Source: Actinomycetota bacterium (GTDB taxonomy: Bacteria; Actinomycetota; Thermoleophilia; Solirubrobacterales; 70-9). Taken from it: a stretch of 31,773 bases of DNA. The stretch is from positions 1 to 31,773 of the forward strand of contig VAYK01000013.1 of assembly GCA_005884985.1 (NCBI GenBank). Reading direction: 5' to 3'. A program made the position numbers and the translations under genes. The notes beneath the pieces were generated by a model, which saw nothing but the letters and a program-made list of their open reading frames with translations, was not told where the DNA came from and did not search any database. Of this stretch, positions 1 to 10,996 are shown one piece after another (the first letter of the stretch is position 1; every line of letters begins with the position of its first letter).

Positions 1-1440
1 TTCGCCGAGCACGCGAGCCTTGCCCTCAACCACGCCCGAGCCGTCGAGGAAGCGGTGCACGAGGCGCTTCACGACTCACTCACGGGACTTCCCAATCGGT
101 CGCTGTTCGTCGACCGACTGCGCCACACCCTCGCGCGCGCCGAGCGGGCCGGCACCCCGGTGGCGGTGCTGTTCTGCGACCTCGACGGCTTCAAGACCGT
201 CAACGACAGCCTCGGTCACCGCACCGGCGACCGCCTGCTGGTCTCGGTCGCCGAGCGGCTCGCGGACTGTCTACGGCCCGCGGATACGATCGCCCGCCTG
301 GGGGGCGACGAGTTTGCGGTCCTGCTCGAGGAGCTTCGCGAGCCCGGGGACGCCGCGCGCGCCGCGCAGCGGCTGCTCGATTCGCTCAAGGCGCCGTTCG
401 AGCTGCGGGAGCGTGAGTTCTTCATCAGCGTCAGCATCGGGATCGCCGCCGGGACCGGGGAGGCCGAGACGCTGCTGCGCGACGCGGACCTGGCGATGTA
501 CCGGGCAAAGAGTCGCGGCAAGGGCCGCTACGCGATCTTCGAGCCCGGCATGCACACGGCGATCATCGAGCGCCTCGACCTCGAGGTCGATCTGAAAGGG
601 GCGATCGAGCGCGACGAGCTGATGCTTGCCTACCAGCCGATCTTCAGCCTCCGAAGCGGGGCGGTGGCCGGAGTCGAGGCGCTGGTCCGCTGGCAGCACC
701 CCACCCGCGGCGTCGTTCTGCCGGAGCACTTCGTGCCGCTGGCCGAGGAGAGCGGCGTGATCCGCGAGCTGGGCCGCTGGGTGCTGCGGACGGCGTGCCA
801 CCAGGGGGCGCTGTGGCGGGCCAAGTACCCGGGCCATCCGGAACTGCAGATCGGTGTCAACATCTCCGGAGCCCAGCTGCGCGAGCCCGGGCTGGTGGAG
901 GAGGTGGCCGAGGCGCTCGCCGCCGCCCAACTCGATGCTTCGGGCCTCACGCTCGAGATCACCGAGACGGCCCTGATGGAGAGCTTCGAGACGGCGATCA
1001 CCTTGCTCGACGCGCTCAAGGAGCTGGGCGTCGATTTGGCGATCGACGACTTCGGCATCGGCTACTCGTCGCTGCGCTACCTGCGGCGACTGCCGCTGGA
1101 CAACCTGAAGGTCGAGAAATCGTTCATCGACGGGATCGGCCGCCCGGACGACGAGCCGGCCCTGCTGCGGGCGATCGTCGACCTGGCCGAGATCTTTGGC
1201 CTCACCGTGATCGCGGAAGGTATCGAGCGGCCCGAGCAGCGCGCGCGGCTGCTCCAGCTGGGCTGCGATCTCGGCCAGGGCCACCTGCTCTCCGAGGCGC
1301 TCCTCAGCGCCGACGCCGATGCGCTGCTGTTCCGAGTTGGCCTGCTCGGCGGACCCGCGCCCCCCAATGCGGGGCCGTCCGAGGGCGACGAGCCATCACC
1401 GGCTACGATCGAGCCGAAGGCCGATCGTGGCGCGAGTTGA
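1..1440 (+). CDS. GGDEF-EAL diguanylate cyclase/phosphodiesterase, 5' end outside the window
   Basis: Frame is open from base 1 (FAEHASLALNHARAVEEAVH, which looks like the tail of a GAF domain). Then HDSLTGLPNR, DLDGFKTVNDSLGH, RPAD I-site five residues before GGDEF, EALVRW, LEITE, DDFGIGYSS, AEGIE. Confidence 0.95.
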   Translation, partial: FAEHASLALNHARAVEEAVHEALHDSLTGLPNRSLFVDRLRHTLARAERAGTPVAVLFCDLDGFKTVNDSLGHRTGDRLLVSVAERLADCLRPADTIARLGGDEFAVLLEELREPGDAARAAQRLLDSLKAPFELREREFFISVSIGIAAGTGEAETLLRDADLAMYRAKSRGKGRYAIFEPGMHTAIIERLDLEVDLKGAIERDELMLAYQPIFSLRSGAVAGVEALVRWQHPTRGVVLPEHFVPLAEESGVIRELGRWVLRTACHQGALWRAKYPGHPELQIGVNISGAQLREPGLVEEVAEALAAAQLDASGLTLEITETALMESFETAITLLDALKELGVDLAIDDFGIGYSSLRYLRRLPLDNLKVEKSFIDGIGRPDDEPALLRAIVDLAEIFGLTVIAEGIERPEQRARLLQLGCDLGQGHLLSEALLSADADALLFRVGLLGGPAPPNAGPSEGDEPSPATIEPKADRGAS

Positions 1441-1777
1441 GAACTACAGCCCCGGACGCGTCGTCGTCGATGGCGTCGAGCTCAATCGAGACGTGATCGT
1501 GCTCCCGAACCGCGTCCTGCGCAGCTGGTGGCGGCGGGAGGGCCATTCGCTCGTGATCGAGGACCTCGAGGACGTGCTCGACGAGCTCCCGGAGCGCCTG
1601 ATCGTCGGCTGCGGATACTCGAGCCGGCTGGAGCCCGATCCCTCGGTGATCGCGGCGCTCCAGAAGCGGGGCGTGAAGGTGGAGGCGCTGCCGACCGAGG
1701 ACGCGGTCGCCCGCTTCGAGGAGCTCGAGACCCGAAATCCGGCGGCCGTCGCGGCGGCCCTTCACCTGACTTGCTGA
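1427..1777 (+). CDS. Mth938-like (AAMDC/DUF498) domain protein
   Basis: GTG at 1427 overlaps the upstream gene end. YSPGRVVVDG...DVIVLP...HSL...LIVGCG...GVKVEALPTEDAV...AAALHLTC matches the Mth938 family pattern. Confidence 0.88.
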   Translation: MARVENYSPGRVVVDGVELNRDVIVLPNRVLRSWWRREGHSLVIEDLEDVLDELPERLIVGCGYSSRLEPDPSVIAALQKRGVKVEALPTEDAVARFEELETRNPAAVAAALHLTC

Positions 1778-3456
1778 TCGCCACGCTCGCCGTGGTGGCG
1801 GTGGCTTTGGTGGCGCCGGCACCGGCGGCCGCAAACGAGAACTTCGCCGACGAGCCGCCATTCGGCGGGGAGCTGCCGCCACCGCTCGTCACGCCTCCCT
1901 CCGAGCGGCGCCCGCCCGCCGGCTTCGAGTTGAGCGGACGCGAGGCGATCCAGATCGCCGACGGCGCCGAGGCGGTGCGCGACGAGCGCACCCAGAGCCC
2001 GGAGATGCGGCCGGTCGCCTTCGAGCGCGGGGGCGATTGGCAGGTGAGCTACTTGACCGGCTTCGGATCCAGCCGGACCGAGGTGGCCCAAGCGGTCGTT
2101 GACGACCGGACCGGCGGGGTGTTGGGCGCCTGGCACGACCAGCAGCTCGACGCACCGCTCGCCCGCGGTTATTCGGGCGCCATCGCCCAGAAGGTGAACT
2201 CCCCGTACGTCTGGCTGCCACTGTGCCTGCTGTTCGTGGCGCCATTCTTCGATCCGCGGCGCCCCTTGCGCCTTCTCCATCTCGACCTGCTCGTGCTGCT
2301 GGGACTCGGTGTCTCGCTGCTGTTCTTCAATCGCGGCGAGATCACCGCCTCGGTCCCGCTCACCTACCCGGTGCTGGGCTATGTCTTCGGGAGGATGCTG
2401 TGGGTGGGCATGCGCCCGCGCGATCGCCCCGGCCGGCTGATTCCGGTGCTCGGTGTGAGGTTGCTGGCGATCGCCGCCCTCGTCCTCGCCGGTGCCCGGA
2501 TCGCCCTCAACGTGGTCGACTCACACGTGATCGACATCGGCGTCGCCGGCGTCGTCGGCGCCGATCACATCACCCACGGACAGGAGCTCTACAACGGCGC
2601 CTTTGCGCCTGGGGTCGGAATCCGGGGCGACGTCTATGGGCCGTTCAACTACATCGCCTACGTGCCCTTTGAGGCGGCCTTCCCATGGCATGGTCACTGG
2701 GGTGACGTGCCCGCCGCACACGCGGCTGCCATCGCCTTCGACCTGCTCACGGCGCTCGGCCTGCTCGCCCTTGGCCGGCGACTGCGCCCAGGCGAGCACG
2801 GCCGGACGCTCGGGATCGCCCTCGCGTTCGCCTGGCTCGCCTACCCGTTCACGCTCTACACGATGAACGCGAACGCGAACGATTCGCTGATCGCGGCGAC
2901 GGGGGTCGGGGCGATGCTGGTGCTGACTTCGCCTCCCGCCCGGGGGGCGATGGTGGCGCTGGGCGCCGCGGCGAAGTTCGGGTCGGCGGCGCTGGCGCCG
3001 CTGTTCGCGACCGGCACCGGCGAGCGCCGGTGGCGCTCCGCGATCGTCTTCGGGGTCGCCTTCGTGGCGGTCACCGCGATGTTGATCTGGCCCTTCCTCC
3101 CGAACGGCGGCCTCCACGAGTTCTACGATCGGACGCTCGGCTACCAGGCCTCGCGCAGCTCTCCGTTCAGCATCTGGGGTCTGGCGCCGTCGCTCGACTT
3201 CCTGCGGCCGATCGAGCGGGCCGCGACAGTTGCCCTCGCGCTCGCGGTGGCGCTGTGGCCGGCGCGAAAGACCCCCGCCCAGGTGGCCGCGCTCGCGGCG
3301 GCGGTGCTGATCGCCGTTCAACTCGGGGCGACGCACTGGTTCTACTTCTACGTCGTTTGGTTCCTGCCGCTGGTGCTCGCGGCGCTGTTCGTCGCCCAGC
3401 GGGGCGAGGGGCTTACCCGATTCTCGTCTCGAGCCGCCCCAGGGTCGGTGAGCTAA
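1771..3456 (+). CDS. GT87/DUF2029-like (GT-C) polytopic membrane glycosyltransferase with N-terminal signal peptide and extracytoplasmic domain
   Basis: In-frame TTG at 1771 overlaps the Mth938 gene end and starts a signal-like stretch (LLIATLAVVAVALVAPAPAAA). Many TM segments, plus DVYGPFNY, NANDSL, AAAKF and HWFYFYVVWFLP motifs. Start position inferred. Confidence 0.7.
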   Translation: MLIATLAVVAVALVAPAPAAANENFADEPPFGGELPPPLVTPPSERRPPAGFELSGREAIQIADGAEAVRDERTQSPEMRPVAFERGGDWQVSYLTGFGSSRTEVAQAVVDDRTGGVLGAWHDQQLDAPLARGYSGAIAQKVNSPYVWLPLCLLFVAPFFDPRRPLRLLHLDLLVLLGLGVSLLFFNRGEITASVPLTYPVLGYVFGRMLWVGMRPRDRPGRLIPVLGVRLLAIAALVLAGARIALNVVDSHVIDIGVAGVVGADHITHGQELYNGAFAPGVGIRGDVYGPFNYIAYVPFEAAFPWHGHWGDVPAAHAAAIAFDLLTALGLLALGRRLRPGEHGRTLGIALAFAWLAYPFTLYTMNANANDSLIAATGVGAMLVLTSPPARGAMVALGAAAKFGSAALAPLFATGTGERRWRSAIVFGVAFVAVTAMLIWPFLPNGGLHEFYDRTLGYQASRSSPFSIWGLAPSLDFLRPIERAATVALALAVALWPARKTPAQVAALAAAVLIAVQLGATHWFYFYVVWFLPLVLAALFVAQRGEGLTRFSSRAAPGSVS

Positions 3457-4249
3457 TCGTGATCTCGTCGCCGGACTGAAGCCAGACCCGAGGTTGGCGG
3501 GTGCTGCCGACGCCCGCCGGCGTGCCAGTCGAGACCAGGTCGCCGGGCTCGAGGGTCATCAGCTTGGACAGGTGTGCGACCAGCGCCGGCACCGAGAAGA
3601 TCAGGTCGTCGGTGGACGCCGCCTGCATCTCCTCTCCGTTCAGCGTCAGCGAGAAGGAGATCCGGTCGTGGGGCCCCGCCTCGTCGGGTGTCACCAGGGC
3701 CGGACCGCACGGCGCGGAGCCGTCGAACACCTTGCCCGGCATCCACTGCGGCGTGGCGAATTGGAGGTCGCGGGCGGAGAGGTCGTTGAGGAGCATGTAG
3801 CCGGCGATGAAATCCGCGGCCTCGGATTCGCTGACGTCGCTGCATCGGCGCCCGACTACGAACGCGACCTCGGCCTCGAAGTCGACCTTGGCGCTGGCCG
3901 CGGGCAGGGGCACCGTGGCGCCCGGTGGCGCGAGCGCGTTGCGGAATTTGGCGAAGAAGGTCGGCGCGTCGGGCGGCTCGATCCCCGCCTCCGCGGCGTG
4001 GGCGCGGTAGTTGAGCCCTATGCAGACGATCTTCTCCGGATCGGGGACCGGCGGCTCGAGCTCGACCCGCTCGAGCGGCACCGGCTCGCCACCGGCGACC
4101 TCGGCCGCCTCCGCGAGGCGGTCGGAGGCGATCAGATCGCGGACGCTCGAGCCCTCGCCGGCGAGCGCGTCCCAAACATCGACCACCGAGTCGTCGCGCA
4201 GCACTCCCGCGCGCGCCCCCCGGTCGGAGCGATAGGTCACGATCCGCAT
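3413..4249 (-). CDS. Fumarylacetoacetate hydrolase family protein
   Basis: KIVCIGLNYRAH, VDFEAE, NDLSARD, KVFD and GDLVSTGTP motifs. ATG at 4249 lies 6 nt downstream of a TAACCT -10 box. Confidence 0.93.
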   Translation of the reverse strand: MRIVTYRSDRGARAGVLRDDSVVDVWDALAGEGSSVRDLIASDRLAEAAEVAGGEPVPLERVELEPPVPDPEKIVCIGLNYRAHAAEAGIEPPDAPTFFAKFRNALAPPGATVPLPAASAKVDFEAEVAFVVGRRCSDVSESEAADFIAGYMLLNDLSARDLQFATPQWMPGKVFDGSAPCGPALVTPDEAGPHDRISFSLTLNGEEMQAASTDDLIFSVPALVAHLSKLMTLEPGDLVSTGTPAGVGSTRQPRVWLQSGDEITISSPTLGRLETRIG

Positions 4250-4255
4250 CACGCC

Positions 4256-4261
4256 AGGTTA
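4256..4261 (-). promoter_or_regulatory. -10 box (TAACCT) of a probable leaderless FAH-family transcript
   Basis: TANNNT hexamer 6 nt before the ATG at 4249; no Shine-Dalgarno visible. Confidence 0.45.
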
Positions 4262-4291
4262 TTCCGGCGGCTGGCCTGGCCAGGAGCGCCG

Positions 4292-4297
4292 TAGAAT
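4292..4297 (+). promoter_or_regulatory. -10 box (TAGAAT) of tRNA-Asp
   Basis: Near-consensus hexamer 11 nt upstream of the tRNA 5' end. Confidence 0.55.
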
Positions 4298-4308
4298 CAA
4301 AACCCGCC

Positions 4309-4382
<74 letters not shown>

Positions 4383-4427
4383 CTCGCTGTCCCTGCTCGG
4401 TACCGCTCGCCATCCATGGCTCGCTAC

Positions 4428-4448
4428 GTTCGAGTCCCGTCGCTCCCG
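4428..4448 (+). repeat. Exact 21-bp copy of the tRNA-Asp 3' end (att-like scar 1)
   Basis: gttcgagtcccgtcgctcccg is identical to 4362-4382, with 45 bp between the two copies. Confidence 0.9.
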
Positions 4449-4480
4449 TACAGCACACCTGCGGCTCTCCGGGCCGGTGA

Positions 4481-6385
4481 TCAGGCGATCAACGAGCGCG
4501 CGCCGGCGGCTCGCACGGCGGTTGAGAGAGTCTCCACGTCGTATGCGCCGTCGTGGCGGCGCTCGTTGATGAAGAAGGTGGGCGTGCCGGTCACCCCGCT
4601 GCGGTCGGCCGAGTCTACGTCCTCCTCTACCCGCGAAGCTCCCGCCTGCTCGCTGAGGTCGTCCCGGAAGCGCTCGAGGTCGAGGCCGAGTCGCTCGGCG
4701 TAGGCCAGCAGGTCGCGGGACTGCAGATTGTCCTGGTGGTCGAGCAGAAGGTCGTGCATCTCCCAGAAGGCGTCCTGATTGGCCGCCGCCTCCGCCGCCT
4801 CCGCCGCCAGCTGGGCGCTCGGGTGGACGTCCGAAAGCGGCAGATGGCGCCAGACGTAGCGGACGTCTGCGAAGTCGGCGAGCAGCTCGCGGACGACCGG
4901 CTCGGCTCGGCCGCAATAGGGACACTCGAAGTCGCCGTACTCGACCACCGTCACCGGCCCCTCGGTGGGGCCGCGGACGTGGTCGCGCTCGGGATCGACC
5001 GGCACAGCGAGGTCGACCAGCGTCTGTGACGTGCCGAAGAGGGCGCGAATGCGCGCCCTGCGGGGCAGCCGTGCCGTGGCGCGCAGGACGAGCCAGCTCA
5101 GCAGCGCGGAGCTGGCCGCCGCGCTGAGCACGCCGAGCTTTGCCTGCTCGAGCTGTTCGCCGTGGAAGGCGAGGGTGGCGATCAGCAGCGAGACCGTGAA
5201 TCCGATGCCCGCGATCGCGCCCCCTCCGGCGACGGCGGCCCAGCCGACCGGCGGGCGCAGCCGTTCGCGGCTCAGCCTCGTCACCAGCCAGGACATGCCG
5301 CCGATCCCGATCGGCTTGCCGAGCACGTAGGCGAAGAGAATCCCCAGTGTGATCGGCGAGGAATAGGCGCGGGAGAGGAAGCCGCCGTTGATCGCTATGC
5401 CGACGTTGGCAAGCGCAAAGAGCGGCACGATCACGTAGCTCGTCCAGGGGTGGTAGAGCTGCTGCATGCGAGCGTTGGGCGAGACGGCCGCCCGCAGACC
5501 CGCCCGCGCAGTTCGAGCGAGCTCGGGGGTCGGCTGCTCGCGGAAGCTGCGGAACAGCTCCGTCGCCCGCTCCAGCTCACCGCGCCCTGCCGGGTACGCC
5601 AAGGTGATCAGACCGACTGCGACTCCCAGGACGACGGGATCGACGCCGGACTCGAACAGCGCCACCCAAGTGGCCACGGCAAGCAGGAAGTAGACGAGGC
5701 CGTGGCGGATGGGGACGGCGCGGGCGACGAGCGCCAGGCCGAAGATGGCGGCGGCGATGAGCAGCGGCGTGAGCGTGACGTCGGCGCTGTAGACGAGGGC
5801 GATGACGGCCAGCGCGACGACATCGTCGACGACGACGATCGTCAGCAGAAATGACCGCAGCCGATCGGGAAAGCGCGCCCCGACCAGTGCAAGCATGCCG
5901 AGGGCGAAGGCCGTGTCGGTCGACATTGCGACGCCCCACCCGTGCGCCGAGGGATGACCCGTGTTGATGGCCAGATAGATCGCGATCGGGACGGCCATGC
6001 CGCCAAGGCCGGCGAGAACCGGCAGCGTGAGCCGGCGGCGCTCCCGCAGCTCTCCGATGTCGAACTCGCGCCGCACCTCGAGCCCGACGACGAAGAAGAA
6101 AAAGGTCATCAGGCCGGTGTTGACCCAGCCGCGGAGATCCTGGGAGATTCCAGAGCCGCCGACGCGGATCGAGAGGCCCGTGTGCCAGACATCCCGGTAG
6201 GAGGAAAAGTCGATGTTGGCCCAGGCCAGCGCCGCCAGAGCGGCGCCGAGGAGGACGAGGGCGCTGCCGGTCTCGGTGCTCAGAAACTCGCGCAGCGGGG
6301 TTTCCAGGCTGCGAGCCCAGGCCGTTCGACCCGTGAAAGTGCTGCGAACGCGCGACGGCGTCGCTCGGCCAGGGCCGACACTCAC
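4481..6385 (-). CDS. nhaA: NhaA-type Na+/H+ antiporter fused to a C-terminal DsbA/thioredoxin-like domain
   Basis: LMTFFFFVVGLEVRRE, STDTAFALG, VVDDVVAL, GKPIG and GIGFTVSLLIA motifs. C-terminal VEYGDFECPYC, YVWRHLPL and GVTGTPTFFIN. Confidence 0.93.
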   Translation of the reverse strand: MSVGPGRATPSRVRSTFTGRTAWARSLETPLREFLSTETGSALVLLGAALAALAWANIDFSSYRDVWHTGLSIRVGGSGISQDLRGWVNTGLMTFFFFVVGLEVRREFDIGELRERRRLTLPVLAGLGGMAVPIAIYLAINTGHPSAHGWGVAMSTDTAFALGMLALVGARFPDRLRSFLLTIVVVDDVVALAVIALVYSADVTLTPLLIAAAIFGLALVARAVPIRHGLVYFLLAVATWVALFESGVDPVVLGVAVGLITLAYPAGRGELERATELFRSFREQPTPELARTARAGLRAAVSPNARMQQLYHPWTSYVIVPLFALANVGIAINGGFLSRAYSSPITLGILFAYVLGKPIGIGGMSWLVTRLSRERLRPPVGWAAVAGGGAIAGIGFTVSLLIATLAFHGEQLEQAKLGVLSAAASSALLSWLVLRATARLPRRARIRALFGTSQTLVDLAVPVDPERDHVRGPTEGPVTVVEYGDFECPYCGRAEPVVRELLADFADVRYVWRHLPLSDVHPSAQLAAEAAEAAANQDAFWEMHDLLLDHQDNLQSRDLLAYAERLGLDLERFRDDLSEQAGASRVEEDVDSADRSGVTGTPTFFINERRHDGAYDVETLSTAVRAAGARSLIA

Positions 6386-6673
6386 GAGCCTTCGAGCAGC
6401 CCGGCCACGGCCGTCGCGACCCGTTTGCCCTTCGCGGTCAGCCGGTACTCGGCGTGCGGCGGACGGCCGGAGACGAGCTGGCGCTCGACGATGCCGGCCG
6501 CCTCGAGCTGCTCGAGGCGCTCCGAAAGCGTGGTCGGCGAGACCCCCGGCAGGGACTGGCGAAACTCGTTGAAGCGTGCCGCGCCGCTGGAGCAGGCATA
6601 GATCGTGCCCAGCGTCCAGCGGCGCTCCAGCAGGTCCGCGACGGCGCGGAGCTGCGAGGGGACCGGGTCGCAG

Positions 6674-6693
<20 letters not shown>
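6382..6693 (-). CDS. HxlR/DUF24 family winged-helix transcriptional regulator
   Basis: DLLERRWTLGTI...RFNEFRQSLPGVSPTTLSERLEQLEAAGIVER...EYRLTAKG. Its stop overlaps the nhaA start. Start at ATG 6693 is inferred. Confidence 0.88.
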
Positions 6694-8965
<2,272 letters not shown>

Positions 8966-9066
8966 ACGTCCAGTTTCTGTAGCTACTCCAGACACGATAG
9001 CGGATGTGATCAGGCTGTTGTGGTTCGAGGAACGCTCGCCGTCATTCGACGGGAAGCACGACGGCT

Positions 9067-9363
9067 ATGGTGAGCACCCAGGCCCGCGACCGAGCACCCT
9101 TCGGCCTGCGCCTCGACGGGTTCGACGGCCGGCAACTTGGCCAGAGACTGTTCCAGGCAGGCGGTCGGGCGCGGCGGGTCGGCCAGCTCGAGTTGGTCGA
9201 CATCGGTGACTACGCGGTCGGTCCCGAGCCGCTGCTGCGGTCCGGCGACTTCGGCTTCGGAGCCCGCGACGCCTTTAGCCACAACCTAATCGTGCTGGCC
9301 ATCGGCGACAAATGCAGTCACGCGGGGATCCGACCTCCAGCTCGCCGCTGCGGATCTCGATGA
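9067..9363 (+). CDS. Hypothetical protein or gene remnant
   Basis: 98-aa ORF with moderately host-like codons and no recognisable motif. An in-register antisense ORF (9010-9282) also exists, so the strand is uncertain. Confidence 0.3.
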   Translation: MVSTQARDRAPFGLRLDGFDGRQLGQRLFQAGGRARRVGQLELVDIGDYAVGPEPLLRSGDFGFGARDAFSHNLIVLAIGDKCSHAGIRPPARRCGSR

Positions 9364-9684
9364 AACGACCCGGCTGGCAGTTGGGCTTCGCGAAAGTTAC
9401 CTGTTCGTTCGGGGACCGCCTGGCTCGGGCAAGACCTACACGGGTGCCCAGCTGATCCTGAGCCTGCTAGACGAGGGCAACCGCGTTGGGTTGCCGCGAG
9501 TTCTCACAAGGCGATCAACAACCTGCTGCATGAAGTAGAGCAACACGCGGGTGTCCGTGGCGTTGACTTCCGCGGCCTCCAGAACCATTCGGGCGGCGAC
9601 TCGAAGTTCGAGTCAAGGCTCGAGAGACCGTTGATCGGCTCCTTCGGGCAGCGCGGCGTCGTTCCCGACCGCTCAGGGGGTTGA
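9320..9684 (+). pseudogene. Fragment of a superfamily 1 (Upf1/Dna2-like, TM0106-type) helicase gene with a frameshift
   Basis: Manual translation gives LRESYLFVRGPPGSGKTYTGAQLILSLLDEGNRVG (Walker A at 9413-9436). After a one-base slip at the G run 9488-9490 it continues VAASSHKAINNLLHEVE (motif Ia-like). No motif II or later motifs. Absent from the supplied ORF track. Confidence 0.8.
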
Positions 9685-9780
9685 CCTCATGGCGGGCACG
9701 GCGTGGCTCTCGTGCCGAGAGGAAGTGGCGAGTCACGGGAATGCGGTGAACGGCCGCTCTGACGCCTCCTCCGGGTCGCT

Positions 9781-9822
9781 CCTGTCACGCCGGAGGTCAC
9801 GAGTCCGAGTCTCGTCGCTCCC
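9781..9822 (+). repeat. 42-bp diverged copy of the tRNA-Asp 3' half (att-like scar 2)
   Basis: cctgtcacgccggaggtcacgagtccgagtctcgtcgctccc versus 4340-4381: 37/42 identical, starting one base before the anticodon loop. Confidence 0.92.
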
Positions 9823-9968
9823 ATCTCTTTACGAACCACTCATCGGCCACCAGAATCCCGCTCACCTTGCCTCCCCCGGCACCGCAGAGCTTGCCTGAAG
9901 TGAAGCCCTGGACACCGCCCCTCTTCCGATCTAGGGTTGCCATAGACGGGTATGCCTAGGGAGAAGCC

Positions 9969-10846
9969 ATGAAACGCATCCGGATCGGAAGGCCGAGGTC
10001 GATACGGCTGGGCCGATCGATCCTGGTCGCAGTCGCGCTGGCGGCCACCGCGGGGAGCTCGGTCGCGATCGCACTGCGGAGCGCCCGGCAAAGCAAGACG
10101 ATCCCCTCGGGGTCGTTCGGAACGGCGGTCGCCAAATGCCGAGGCCGAAGAACTGCCGTCTCGGGCGGATTTGCCGCGCCCGGGTTCGACGCCAATAACG
10201 GGCCGACGATCGGCCGTCTCAGCTCCAAGCGAGTCGGCAGGCGTCGGATCGAGACCCGGGCCCTCAACTTCGGCAACCAGGCAGGCGACCTGGTCTCGTT
10301 CGCTTATTGCGCGCTGCACGATCATGGGCTCCGGGTGAAGTCTGCAAGCAGCTGGGTCAAGCCAAACGCCCTCGGATCGGCCGTCGCCAGATGCCCCCGC
10401 GGCACCGAGGCACTCGGGGGCGGCTTCGGCATCCATCGGTTCTCCACGACCCAGGGGCCGCAGGTGACCACCCTCACCTCGAAGCGGCTCGGCGAGCGCC
10501 GGTGGAAGGTGGTCGGGGTGAACTTCAGCGGGGTGCGAGCCGGCAGGCTGATCGCCCACGCCTACTGTGAGGCGGCGCCCTTCAAGCCCGTCACCAGGTC
10601 GAAGGAAGTGACGCCGCCGCCCACCGGCGGCCTCAAGACCTTCGACGTGCGTTGCCCTAACGGGAGTGGGGCGTTCTCTGGGGGCTTCGATGGCCACGTC
10701 AAGATTCAAGGGAACCAATCGAAGGCCACGACGGCGATCGCCTCGAGGCGAGCGTCCGGTGGCCGCGTTTGGCGCACCTCGGCGCTCAGCGCTTCGTGCC
10801 CAACCCTGGGTCGACGACCGCCTACGCCTACTGCCGCGAGCGGTAG
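9969..10846 (+). pseudogene. Secreted protein with three ~75-80-aa Cys-paired repeats; frameshift near 10790
   Basis: Basic N-region, hydrophobic core and AIA cleavage site. Repeats follow the pattern C..(S/G)GGF...AYC. The third repeat is completed only in the shifted frame (FVPNPGSTTAYAYCRER, TAG at 10844-10846). The supplied ORF runs to 10853 with an unrelated tail. Confidence 0.72.
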
Positions 10847-10929
10847 GAGCTGACTAGGGCGCCGACAGTCATGCCCTTCGTCCGCTAGTCGGCAGTCTGC
10901 GAAACGGCAGCCCCACGCTGGCCAAGCCT

Positions 10930-10943
10930 CCGTCGCTCCCGCT
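10930..10943 (+). repeat. 14-bp copy of the tRNA-Asp 3' terminus (possible att-like scar 3)
   Basis: ccgtcgctcccgct is identical to 4371-4384 and is intergenic. Short and GC-rich, so weaker evidence than the other two copies. Confidence 0.55.
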
Positions 10944-10996
10944 GCTCCTCGCGGTCGGTCACGCCCCGCGCCGGAGCGCGGCTCTATCGGCTGCTT

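Noticed and set aside
8990-9066. HspR (HAIR) or CIRCE operator upstream of lon
   Set aside because: Neither CTTGAGT-N7-ACTCAAG nor TTAGCACTC-N9-GAGTGCTAA is present.
10855-10935. Segment ggcagtctgcgaaacggcag...acgc...aagcctccg resembling a c-di-GMP-I riboswitch
   Set aside because: The GGCAAA and GGGACGCAAAGC cores are not matched, and it lies between two gene 3' ends with no downstream gene on the + strand. An Rfam scan would settle it.
10966-10981. Hairpin ccgcgc-cgga-gcgcgg between convergent genes
   Set aside because: A 6-bp GC stem without a U-tract is too common by chance here to call a terminator.
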